Positions 9,719-17,177 of a DNA stretch of 64,000 bases are shown in pieces. The notes under the pieces are model-generated. The model did no database searches and had not been told where the DNA came from. It was given only the letters and a program-made list of their open reading frames with translations. The stretch is from Candidatus Micrarchaeota archaeon (GTDB taxonomy: Archaea > Micrarchaeota > Micrarchaeia > Micrarchaeales > Micrarchaeaceae). The translations under genes were made by a program, and so were the position numbers. How positions within the stretch are numbered: position 1 is the first letter of the stretch; the number at the start of each line of letters is the position of its first letter. The stretch covers positions 296,850 to 360,849 of the forward strand of contig JAJZJM010000001.1 of assembly GCA_021810105.1 (NCBI GenBank), given 5' to 3'.

Positions 9719-9780
9719 AGAAAGGCAATTTTACCGAGAGACTCTTTGCAGGAATTACGCGGAAAAACGGCAAAAAAAAC

Positions 9781-9790
9781 ATATAAATAT
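9781..9790 (+). promoter_or_regulatory. Putative TATA box upstream of the MoxR-like gene
   Basis: ATATAAATAT is centred ~34 nt upstream of the ATG at 9819 and preceded by an A-rich tract. This would give a very short 5' UTR. Confidence 0.3.
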
Positions 9791-9818
9791 CTGGAAAGGC
9801 GTAAAACTTATAGATTAT

Positions 9819-11261
9819 ATGGTAGAAAAATCAATGCCTTCAGAAAAAAATCCGGATCAGACTGCATTATTAGATTCGGCAAGGAAAAAAATTAGTGATC
9901 TTTCTTCTGTAATAGGAGATAACTTTTTCCTTGGGTTGCCAGATGTAAAATTTAACAGATTACCGCCTGCTGTTGCCATCACAATTATTACAACACTCAC
10001 AGGTGGCAGCCAAATACTATTCGGTAATTATGGTAGAGGAAAAACCTCTCTTGCTGAGGATATTTCCTCTTTGATTTTCGGCGTACCTCTAAGCGTAGTT
10101 CAGCGCGCTGAAGCCCACGGCAGTGACCAAGCTGCGCCAGAAAGCTATATAGCGGTACCTGTAATGAAAGACCTTGATAGAATAAGATGGAAGCCACATG
10201 TGCTTCTGCCAGCACGTATATTTGATGAGTTTAACAGGCTGCCTGAAAGAGCGCAAGTACATTACTTAGACGGAGTAGGTAGAGGATATTATGAATATGG
10301 CGGCATACTTCTGAGAACTGATAAGGGACCGTTCTTCGGCACTGCCAACTGGCCGGATGGTGGTAATAACGAACTCATACCACCCATTAAAGACAGGATA
10401 GACAGCGCGGTTGTTGTAACAGGTGTCAATCCTGCCCAAGAGCTTGGGAAAGGTGCAAGGGAGTTTAATGAAGAGGATATCGATGATAAAGAGATATCTG
10501 ATCAGATGAATAGAGTGCTTAGCGATGTTACAGTAGGACCTGGCGAGTCGGTATCAGAAATGTATGCTTCTCTGAAAGAAAAGATGGAGGAATTATCTTC
10601 AAGATTCAGGGTGGTGCTTAGTAATAACCTAGGTTTGAAAGTTCCAAAACCCAACGAACTTGCTGCTGTACGCAAGGCAATGAAGGAGATGCCAGTATCC
10701 AAGGATGCGTTGGGATTCCGCTATTTTTTGAACTCTGAGTTTACATGCCCAAACTGCGGAGAAAAAACTCCAGAGCATACGAGTTGCTCAGAAACATGCC
10801 ACTACTTCTATGAAATTAGTAGTGGAAGTAAAAGTGCAAGTGATCAAGGCTACGCATTTTCTAACCTTACAACGCACGTATCCAGCAGGGTCACTGATCC
10901 TACTTCAGGAGCATTGCATACATATTCAGCCGCATATGCTTGGCTCATGGGAGATAGCGTAGTGGAGCCCAAGCATATTGCAGCTATTATGCCATATGTG
11001 CTTTGGCATAGGGTGAAATTCACAGAAAGATTTACAGCGGCGAATAGACCTACTACGAATGGCAGAAATCTAGAGCTCTACCTGTCAGAAGTACTGGCAG
11101 CCCAGATCCTGAGAAGATATGAAGATGCAAAGCCAGAGGTTATGAACGCGATTGACGCTTTAACGAAAGGAGATGGAAAGACATTGGAAAGACTTGTTAG
11201 GACTCATGATCATCCATCAATGTGGCATGCTAAAAACCTATATGATGCACTACGCGTATAA
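9819..11261 (+). CDS. MoxR-like AAA+ ATPase with a Cys-rich (zinc-ribbon-like) insertion
   Basis: Walker A is LFGNYGRGKTS. Walker B is in the MoxR style (ARIFDEFNRLPERAQ, compare DEINRA). FFGTANWPDGGNNELIPPIKDRIDS resembles the MoxR ATxNP...LPeAxlDRF segment. A CPNCGEKTPEHTSCSETCH cluster lies at nt 10744-10800. Confidence 0.75.
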   Translation: MVEKSMPSEKNPDQTALLDSARKKISDLSSVIGDNFFLGLPDVKFNRLPPAVAITIITTLTGGSQILFGNYGRGKTSLAEDISSLIFGVPLSVVQRAEAHGSDQAAPESYIAVPVMKDLDRIRWKPHVLLPARIFDEFNRLPERAQVHYLDGVGRGYYEYGGILLRTDKGPFFGTANWPDGGNNELIPPIKDRIDSAVVVTGVNPAQELGKGAREFNEEDIDDKEISDQMNRVLSDVTVGPGESVSEMYASLKEKMEELSSRFRVVLSNNLGLKVPKPNELAAVRKAMKEMPVSKDALGFRYFLNSEFTCPNCGEKTPEHTSCSETCHYFYEISSGSKSASDQGYAFSNLTTHVSSRVTDPTSGALHTYSAAYAWLMGDSVVEPKHIAAIMPYVLWHRVKFTERFTAANRPTTNGRNLELYLSEVLAAQILRRYEDAKPEVMNAIDALTKGDGKTLERLVRTHDHPSMWHAKNLYDALRV

Positions 11262-11323
11262 ATTTGATTTTGTGAAGGCTGAAGACTGCCACCGACCTAA
11301 AAACAATAATAAATAGAGATTAA

Positions 11324-11710
11324 ATGACCCAAATAGAAAAGCATCCAAGCGCCGAGACGCGCGTTGTGCCTGATGAAAGAAGCCGCTCTTTAATGAGACT
11401 TGAGAGAGTGTTGCATGAAGCGGAAGGAGAGACGCCCAGGGCATTGGTGAGGATGCCTGATGATGCAGTTAAGGAGACTGAGAGAGTTAAAGAATTGAGG
11501 GGGGCGTTGGAGAGGTTGAGTGAGGATAATGAGAGGTATACAGTTGCCGTGAGGAGTAGGAATGTTAGTGTGGAGATATTGGAGAGGTTGATTAGGGATG
11601 AGGATGTAGGTGTTAGGAGTGGAGTGGGAAGGGATGAAAATCTAAATCCCAGTAAGAAGAAAAAGGAAAAGCTTCTGTCGAGAGCTTGGAGATATTTTAG
11701 AAGGAAGTAG
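11324..11710 (+). CDS. Short LRV/HEAT-like repeat protein (paralog 1: shared head, 1-2 repeats, basic tail)
   Basis: It shares the head motif LERVLHEAEGETPRALVRMPDDAVKETER and a repeat RNVSVEILERLIRDEDVGVRSGV with the downstream array. It ends in a K/R-rich tail (PSKKKKEKLLSRAWRYFRRK). Confidence 0.75.
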   Translation: MTQIEKHPSAETRVVPDERSRSLMRLERVLHEAEGETPRALVRMPDDAVKETERVKELRGALERLSEDNERYTVAVRSRNVSVEILERLIRDEDVGVRSGVGRDENLNPSKKKKEKLLSRAWRYFRRK

Positions 11711-11721
11711 AGGAGATATTG

Positions 11722-13323
11722 ATGAGTGATAAAAAGACTGTGATTAAGCGTGATGTTCCTCAGCACGCTAATCCAGAACCTTTATCATCTAAATTGTACG
11801 AAGCATGGACAGAGACGCTTAAAATTATGGGGAGTCCTCCACTTTTACTGCCGTGCTTCCAAACAGTAACAAGATCGCATACTTCAGAAATAGACATGAA
11901 AACGAAGCAGATATCTATAGACACAGGCTTCTTTGGAATGCTTCTCGGAAAGGGGCTAAGCGAGAAAGATGCCTTCCAGGCACTATGCATGCATGAGTTG
12001 GGCCACTATAGGTATCACCCTTACGATCTAGCCACCCTTCTGTTAGAATTGAATAGCCTAAAGTACAATGATGAAGGCAAATTCGGCGGACCAAACGCCA
12101 ATTCTATAAGGTTGTTATATGATGATTTCTGCGATAATCTGTGGCTGCTGCGTATGATTAAAGAGCCTAAGATAAACTTATTATACCGCACTATTGACCA
12201 GGATAATAAAATGCCTGCCATAGTGATAATGCGCGCATATCTTCAGTCTGTAAGCGGCGTAGATTTTGGTATTGAAGAGTCCAAACTTAGCGAGGAAATG
12301 CAGAAGAAGGTTGCTGCGCTAAGAAAAATCGATTTTTTCAGTAGGGAAGCGAACCTTGAAAATATTTCCAGATTCGCAAAGATAATGATGGATATCGCTG
12401 CAGAGGAAGAAGAGAATTTAGGAGGATGTGGCGGTATTGATATCAAAGACTTTGCTGAACAAGATGTAGAGCAAGCTATGCGTAAGATAGTAGACCAAGT
12501 GACAAAAGACGATTGGGAAGGTATCAAGAAATGGGTTGATGAGCAGAGCGGGAATATAGGTACGAAATTGAGAACCGATCGTGAAGAGAAAAAAATGAAA
12601 GCTTCTGTCGAATACTACAAGACAAAGGCATCGCTTTACCCGATAAGGATATTGGGAATGCGGTACGTAGTAGAGGGTACTTCAAAAGCAGGCATAGATA
12701 ATTTTAATACAGGAGATAGGATATCCAGCCTAAACCCATATAGAAGCTTTGGGATATTTATACCTGATTCAGGCATAACGAAGAAGAACGTGTATGCACC
12801 GTCCAAAAAATTCGTACCGAGCAAAAAAGTGCCGGATTCGATAATTGTGTTGGACTCTTCGGGCAGCATGCCAAACCCAATAACAGAGAATTCAAATGCC
12901 GTGCTAGGAGCCTTTGCTGTAGCAATGGCATACCTGAAAAACAAGGGCAACGTGGACGTGATAAATTTCTCTTCAGCGGCGAAGACCGTAAAGTATAGAG
13001 ATAGCGAGACAGTTTACAGGACACTGGTGGACTTTTTGGGGGGCGGCACAGACCCTCCTGTAAAGGAACTGACGGACCTGTTAAAGGAAAATAAAAAAGA
13101 TATCACTGTGATAACCGATGGCTTTGCCGGTGCAGATTCCAGCATGGTAAAACAGTTTATGCAGCTGCTAGATTCGGCAGGACAGACACATAGGGTGTCG
13201 TTAGTATATATAGGGAAAAATCCTCCGGAAGAGTTTACAAGTTATCGCAATATCAAGTTCCATGTTGTGACTAGGGAGACCGACATTGCTTCGATAGTAA
13301 TAGGCGATATCGAATGGCAATGA
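11722..13323 (+). CDS. VWA-domain protein with an N-terminal HExxH putative metallopeptidase module (DUF2201-like architecture)
   Basis: CMHELGHYRYHP contains an HExxH motif. The C-terminal VWA domain has a MIDAS motif (IIVLDSSGSMPNP, DxSxS) and ITVITDGFAG. An AGGAG sits ~8 nt upstream of the ATG at 11722. The last 10 nt overlap the first array gene. Confidence 0.75.
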   Translation: MSDKKTVIKRDVPQHANPEPLSSKLYEAWTETLKIMGSPPLLLPCFQTVTRSHTSEIDMKTKQISIDTGFFGMLLGKGLSEKDAFQALCMHELGHYRYHPYDLATLLLELNSLKYNDEGKFGGPNANSIRLLYDDFCDNLWLLRMIKEPKINLLYRTIDQDNKMPAIVIMRAYLQSVSGVDFGIEESKLSEEMQKKVAALRKIDFFSREANLENISRFAKIMMDIAAEEEENLGGCGGIDIKDFAEQDVEQAMRKIVDQVTKDDWEGIKKWVDEQSGNIGTKLRTDREEKKMKASVEYYKTKASLYPIRILGMRYVVEGTSKAGIDNFNTGDRISSLNPYRSFGIFIPDSGITKKNVYAPSKKFVPSKKVPDSIIVLDSSGSMPNPITENSNAVLGAFAVAMAYLKNKGNVDVINFSSAAKTVKYRDSETVYRTLVDFLGGGTDPPVKELTDLLKENKKDITVITDGFAGADSSMVKQFMQLLDSAGQTHRVSLVYIGKNPPEEFTSYRNIKFHVVTRETDIASIVIGDIEWQ

Positions 13324-14018
13324 AAGGGAAGCAAACTAAGCCTGAAATCGCTTTAAAGGGACTTAAGAGAGTGTTGCATGAAGCGGAAGGAGAGATACCC
13401 AGAGCATTGGTGAGGATGCCTGATGATGCAGTTAAGGAGACTGAGAGAATTGAGGAATCAATGAGAAGATTGGAGAGGTTGAGTTGGAGTGAGAAGTTTA
13501 CGATGGCGATAGACCCAAAAACAGACGGATATATGCTTGATGCGCTTAGTAGGGATGAGGATGCGTATGTTAGGAGTGGAGTGGCAGTGAGTGAGAATGT
13601 TAGTGTGGAGATATTGGAGAGGTTGAGTAGGGATGAGGATGCAGGTGTTAGAAGTGAGGTGGCGAGGAGTAGGAATGTTAGTGTGGAGATATTGGAGAGG
13701 TTAAGTAGGGATGAGGATGCGTATGTTAGGAGTTGGGTGGCAATGAATAGGAATATTAGTGTGGAGATATTGGAGAGGTTAAGTAGGGATGAGGATGCAG
13801 GTGTTAGAAGTGAGGTGGCGAGGAATAGGAATGTTAGTGTGGAGATATTGGAGAGGTTAAGTAGGGATGAGGATGCAGGTGTTAGGAGTGGAGTGGCAGG
13901 GAGTAGGAATGTTGGTGTGGAGATATTGGAGAGGTTGAAAAATGATTCTGACGAATATGTAAGGGATATGGCAATTAAGACTTTGGAAAAAATAAACAGA
14001 GGATCTGGAATAATGTGA
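13314..14018 (+). CDS. LRV/HEAT-like repeat protein, paralog 2 (head + 6 x 26-aa units, including the tail cap)
   Basis: The head is MAMKGKQTKPEIALKGLKRVLHEAEGEIPRALVRMPDDAVKETERIEESMRRLERLSW. Repeats follow NVSVEILERLSRDEDAGVRSEVARSR with a 78-nt period. The tail is ILERLKNDSDEYVRDMAIKTLEKINRGSGIM. Confidence 0.8.
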   Translation: MAMKGKQTKPEIALKGLKRVLHEAEGEIPRALVRMPDDAVKETERIEESMRRLERLSWSEKFTMAIDPKTDGYMLDALSRDEDAYVRSGVAVSENVSVEILERLSRDEDAGVRSEVARSRNVSVEILERLSRDEDAYVRSWVAMNRNISVEILERLSRDEDAGVRSEVARNRNVSVEILERLSRDEDAGVRSGVAGSRNVGVEILERLKNDSDEYVRDMAIKTLEKINRGSGIM

Positions 14019-14024
14019 TATCGA

Positions 14025-14729
14025 ATGGCAATGAAAGGGAAGCAAACTAAGCCTGAAATCGCTTTAAAGGGACTTAAGAGAGTGTTGCATGAAGCGGAAG
14101 GAGAGATACCCAGAGCATTGATGAGGATGCCTGATGATGCAGTTAAGGAGACTGAGAGAATTGAGGAATCAATGAGAAGATTGGAGAGGTCGAGTAGGAA
14201 TGAAAAGTTTACGATGGCCATAGACCCAAAAACAGACGGATATATGCTTGATATGCTTAGTAGGGATAAGGATGTAGTTGTTAGGTGTAATGTGGCGGGG
14301 AATAGGAATGTTAGTGTGGAGATATTGAAGAGGTTGAGTAGGGATAAGGATGTAGTTGTTAGGTGTAATGTGGCGAGGAGTGAGAATGTTAGTGTGGAGA
14401 TATTGGAGAAGTTGAGTAGGGATAAGGATGTAGTTGTTAGGTGTAATGTGGCGAGGAGTAGGAATGTTAGTGTGGAGATATTGGAGAAGTTGAGTAGGGA
14501 TAAGGATGTAAGTATCAGGTATAATGTGGCAATGAATTGGAATGTTAGTGTGGAGATATTGGAGAGGTTGAGTAGGGATAAGGATGTAGGTATCAGGTAT
14601 AATGTGGCAATGAATTGGAATGTTAGTGTGGAGATATTGGAGAGGTTGAAAAATGATTCTGACAAATATGTAAGAGATATGGCAATTAAGACTTTGGAAA
14701 AAATACAAGGAGAATCTGGAATAATGTGA
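14025..14729 (+). CDS. LRV/HEAT-like repeat protein, paralog 3 (6 units, SRDKDVVVRCNVA variant)
   Basis: The head is almost nucleotide-identical to paralog 2. The repeats carry K-for-E and VVVRCN / V[SG]IRYN substitutions. A 6-nt spacer (tatcga) follows the previous stop. Confidence 0.8.
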   Translation: MAMKGKQTKPEIALKGLKRVLHEAEGEIPRALMRMPDDAVKETERIEESMRRLERSSRNEKFTMAIDPKTDGYMLDMLSRDKDVVVRCNVAGNRNVSVEILKRLSRDKDVVVRCNVARSENVSVEILEKLSRDKDVVVRCNVARSRNVSVEILEKLSRDKDVSIRYNVAMNWNVSVEILERLSRDKDVGIRYNVAMNWNVSVEILERLKNDSDKYVRDMAIKTLEKIQGESGIM

Positions 14730-14735
14730 TATTGA

Positions 14736-15206
14736 ATGGCAGTGAAAAGGAAGCAAACTAGGCCTGAAATCGCTTTAAGGAGACTTGAGAGAGTGTTGCA
14801 TGAAGCGGAAGGAGAGATGCCCAGAGCATTGGTGAGGATGCCTGATGATGCAGTTAAGGAGACTGAGAGAATTGAGGAATCAATGAGAAGATTGGAGAGG
14901 CTGAGTTGGCGTGAGAAGTTTACGATGGCGATAGACCCAAAAACAGACAGATATATGCTTGATGCGCTTAGTAGGGATGAGGATGCGTATGTTAGGTTTT
15001 ATGTGATAGGGAATGAGAATGTTAGTGTGGAGATGTTGGAGAGGTTGAGTGAGGATAAAAAGGTACTTGTTAGGAGTGGAGTGGTGGGGAGTAGGAATGT
15101 TAGTGTGGAGATATTGGAGAGGTTGAAAAATGATTCTGACAAATATGTAAGAGATATGGCAATTAAGACTTTGGAAAAAATAAACAGAGGATCTGGAATA
15201 ATGTGA
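14736..15206 (+). CDS. LRV/HEAT-like repeat protein, paralog 4 (3 units)
   Basis: It has the MAVKRKQTRPEIALRRLERV head and the same tail. It is exactly 78 aa (3 x 26) shorter than paralogs 2 and 3. Confidence 0.8.
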   Translation: MAVKRKQTRPEIALRRLERVLHEAEGEMPRALVRMPDDAVKETERIEESMRRLERLSWREKFTMAIDPKTDRYMLDALSRDEDAYVRFYVIGNENVSVEMLERLSEDKKVLVRSGVVGSRNVSVEILERLKNDSDKYVRDMAIKTLEKINRGSGIM

Positions 15207-15212
15207 TATTGA

Positions 15213-15683
15213 ATGGCAGTGAAAAGGAAGCAAACTAGGTCTGAAATCGCTTTAAGGAGACTTGAGAGAGTGTTGCATGAAGCGGAAGGAGAGATACCCA
15301 GAGCATTGGTGAGGATGCCTGATGATGCAGTTAAGGAGACTGAGAGAATTAAGAAATTGCGGATAAAATCGGAGAGGTTGAGTATGGATGATGAGCTTGA
15401 GATGGCTCTGGACCCGAAAACAGATAAGGATATCCTTGATGTGCTTAGTAGGAATAAGGATGTGAGTATTAGGTGTGGGGTGGCAAGGAGTGAGAATGTT
15501 AGTGCGGAGACATTGGAGAGGTTGAGTAGGGATAAGAATGCGTATGTTAGGAGTTGGGTGGCAAGGAATAGGAATGTTAGTGTGGAGATATTGGAGAGGT
15601 TGAAAAATGATTCTGACAAATATGTAAGAGATATGGCAATTAAGACTTTGGAAAAAATAAACAGAGGATCTGGAATAATGTGA
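15213..15683 (+). CDS. LRV/HEAT-like repeat protein, paralog 5 (3 units, divergent linker)
   Basis: Head and tail match the family. The linker differs (IKKLRIKSERLSMDDELEMALDPKTDKDILDVL). Confidence 0.8.
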   Translation: MAVKRKQTRSEIALRRLERVLHEAEGEIPRALVRMPDDAVKETERIKKLRIKSERLSMDDELEMALDPKTDKDILDVLSRNKDVSIRCGVARSENVSAETLERLSRDKNAYVRSWVARNRNVSVEILERLKNDSDKYVRDMAIKTLEKINRGSGIM

Positions 15684-15689
15684 TATCGA

Positions 15690-16472
15690 ATGGCAGTGAA
15701 AAGGAAGCAAACTAGGCCTGAAATCGCTTTAAGGAGACTTGAGAGAGTGTTGCATGAAGCGGAAGGAGAGATGCCCAGAGCATTGGTGAGGATGCCTGAT
15801 GATGCAGTTAAGGAGACTGAGAGAATTGAGGAATCAATGAGAAGATTGGAGAGGCTGAGTTGGCGTGAGAAGTTTACGATGGCGAGAGACCCAAAAACAG
15901 ACGGATATATGCTTGATATGCTTAGTAGGGATAAGGATGTAGTTGTTAGGTGTAATGTGGCGAGGAATAGGAATGTTAGTGTGGAGATATTGGAGAGGTT
16001 GAGTAGAGATAAGGATGCGGGTGTTAGGTATAATGTGGCGGGGAGTAGGAATGTTAGTGTGGAGATATTGGAGAGGTTGAGTAGGGATGAGGATGCGAGT
16101 GTTAGGTATAATGTGGCAATGAATTGGAATGTTAGTGTGGAGATATTGGAGAGGTTGAGTAGAGATAAGGATGCGGGTGTTAGGTATAATGTGGCGGGGA
16201 GTAGGAATGTTAGTGTGGAGATATTGGAGAGGTTGAGTAGGGATAAGGATGTACTTGTTAGGAGTGGAGTGGCAGGGAATGAGAATGTTAGTTTGGAGAT
16301 ATTGGAGAGGTTGAGTAGAGATAAGGATGCGGGTGTTAGGTATAATGTGGCGGGGAGTAGGAATGCTAGTGTGGAGATATTGGAGAGGTTGAAAAATGAT
16401 TCTGACAAATATGTAAGAGATATGGCAATTAAGACTTTGGAAAAAATAAACAGAGGATCTGAAATAATGTGA
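15690..16472 (+). CDS. LRV/HEAT-like repeat protein, paralog 6 (7 units)
   Basis: At 260 aa it equals 234 plus one 26-aa unit. Its repeats are SRDKDAGVRYNVAGSR, SRDEDASVRYNVAMNW and similar variants. Confidence 0.8.
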   Translation: MAVKRKQTRPEIALRRLERVLHEAEGEMPRALVRMPDDAVKETERIEESMRRLERLSWREKFTMARDPKTDGYMLDMLSRDKDVVVRCNVARNRNVSVEILERLSRDKDAGVRYNVAGSRNVSVEILERLSRDEDASVRYNVAMNWNVSVEILERLSRDKDAGVRYNVAGSRNVSVEILERLSRDKDVLVRSGVAGNENVSLEILERLSRDKDAGVRYNVAGSRNASVEILERLKNDSDKYVRDMAIKTLEKINRGSEIM

Positions 16473-16478
16473 TATCGA

Positions 16479-17177
16479 ATGGCAGTGAAAAGGAAGCAAA
16501 ATAGGCCTGAAATCGCTTTAAGGAGACTTGAGAGAGTGTTGCATGAAGCGGAAGGAGAGATACCCAGAGCATTGGTGAGGATGCCTGATGATGCAGTTAA
16601 GGAGACTGAGAGAATTGAGGAATCAATGAGAAGATTGGAGAGGTTGAGTTGGAGTGAGAAGTTTACGATGGCGATAGACCCAAAAACAGACGGATATATG
16701 CTTGATATTCTTAGTAGGGATGAGGATGTAGGTGTTAGAAGTGAGGTGGCGAGGAATAGGAATGTTAGTGTGGAGATATTGGAGAGGTTAAGTAGGGATG
16801 AGGATGCAGGTGTTAGGAGTGGGGTGGTGGGAAATAGGAATATTAGTGTGGAGATATTGGAGAGGTTAAGTAGGGATGAGGATGCAGGTGTTAGGAGTGG
16901 GGTGGTAGGGAATGAGAATGTTAGTGTGGAGATGTTGGAGAGGTTGAGTAGAGATAAGGATGCGTATGTTAGGAGAGAGGTTGCATGGAATAGGAATGTT
17001 AGTGTGGAGATATTGGAGAGGTTGAGTAGGGATGAGGATGCGGGTGTTAGGAGAGAGGTGGCAAGGAGTGAGAATGTTAGTGTAGAAATATTGGAGAGGT
17101 TGAAAAATGATTCTGACAAATATGTAAGAAATATTGCAATTAAGACCCTGAAGAAGTTAAAAAGATCTAATTGCTGA
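16479..17177 (+). CDS. LRV/HEAT-like repeat protein, paralog 7 (6 units, divergent last residues)
   Basis: It shares the family head. Its repeats are SRDEDAGVRSGVVGN[RE] and VRREVA[WR]. The tail ends in ...IAIKTLKKLKRSNC rather than ...EKINRGSGIM, which marks the end of the array. Confidence 0.8.
   Translation: MAVKRKQNRPEIALRRLERVLHEAEGEIPRALVRMPDDAVKETERIEESMRRLERLSWSEKFTMAIDPKTDGYMLDILSRDEDVGVRSEVARNRNVSVEILERLSRDEDAGVRSGVVGNRNISVEILERLSRDEDAGVRSGVVGNENVSVEMLERLSRDKDAYVRREVAWNRNVSVEILERLSRDEDAGVRREVARSENVSVEILERLKNDSDKYVRNIAIKTLKKLKRSNC

Larger units (their letters stand above)
13306..17177 (+). repeat. Two-level tandem repeat: a gene-sized head-to-tail array (6 units of 477-789 nt) built on a 78-nt intragenic period
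   Basis: The 78-nt period was checked directly: 'aatgttagtgtggag' recurs at 13596 and 13674. The junction motif gatatYgaatggcaRtgaaaRgg recurs at 13306, 14017, 14728, 15205, 15682 and 16471. Confidence 0.9.

Noticed and set aside
13500-17100. The regular 78-nt periodicity could suggest a CRISPR array or satellite DNA.
   Set aside because: There are no unique spacers between repeats. The period is a multiple of 3 and is in frame with the ORFs. Variation is codon-structured. No cas genes or leader are present. These are coding tandem repeats.
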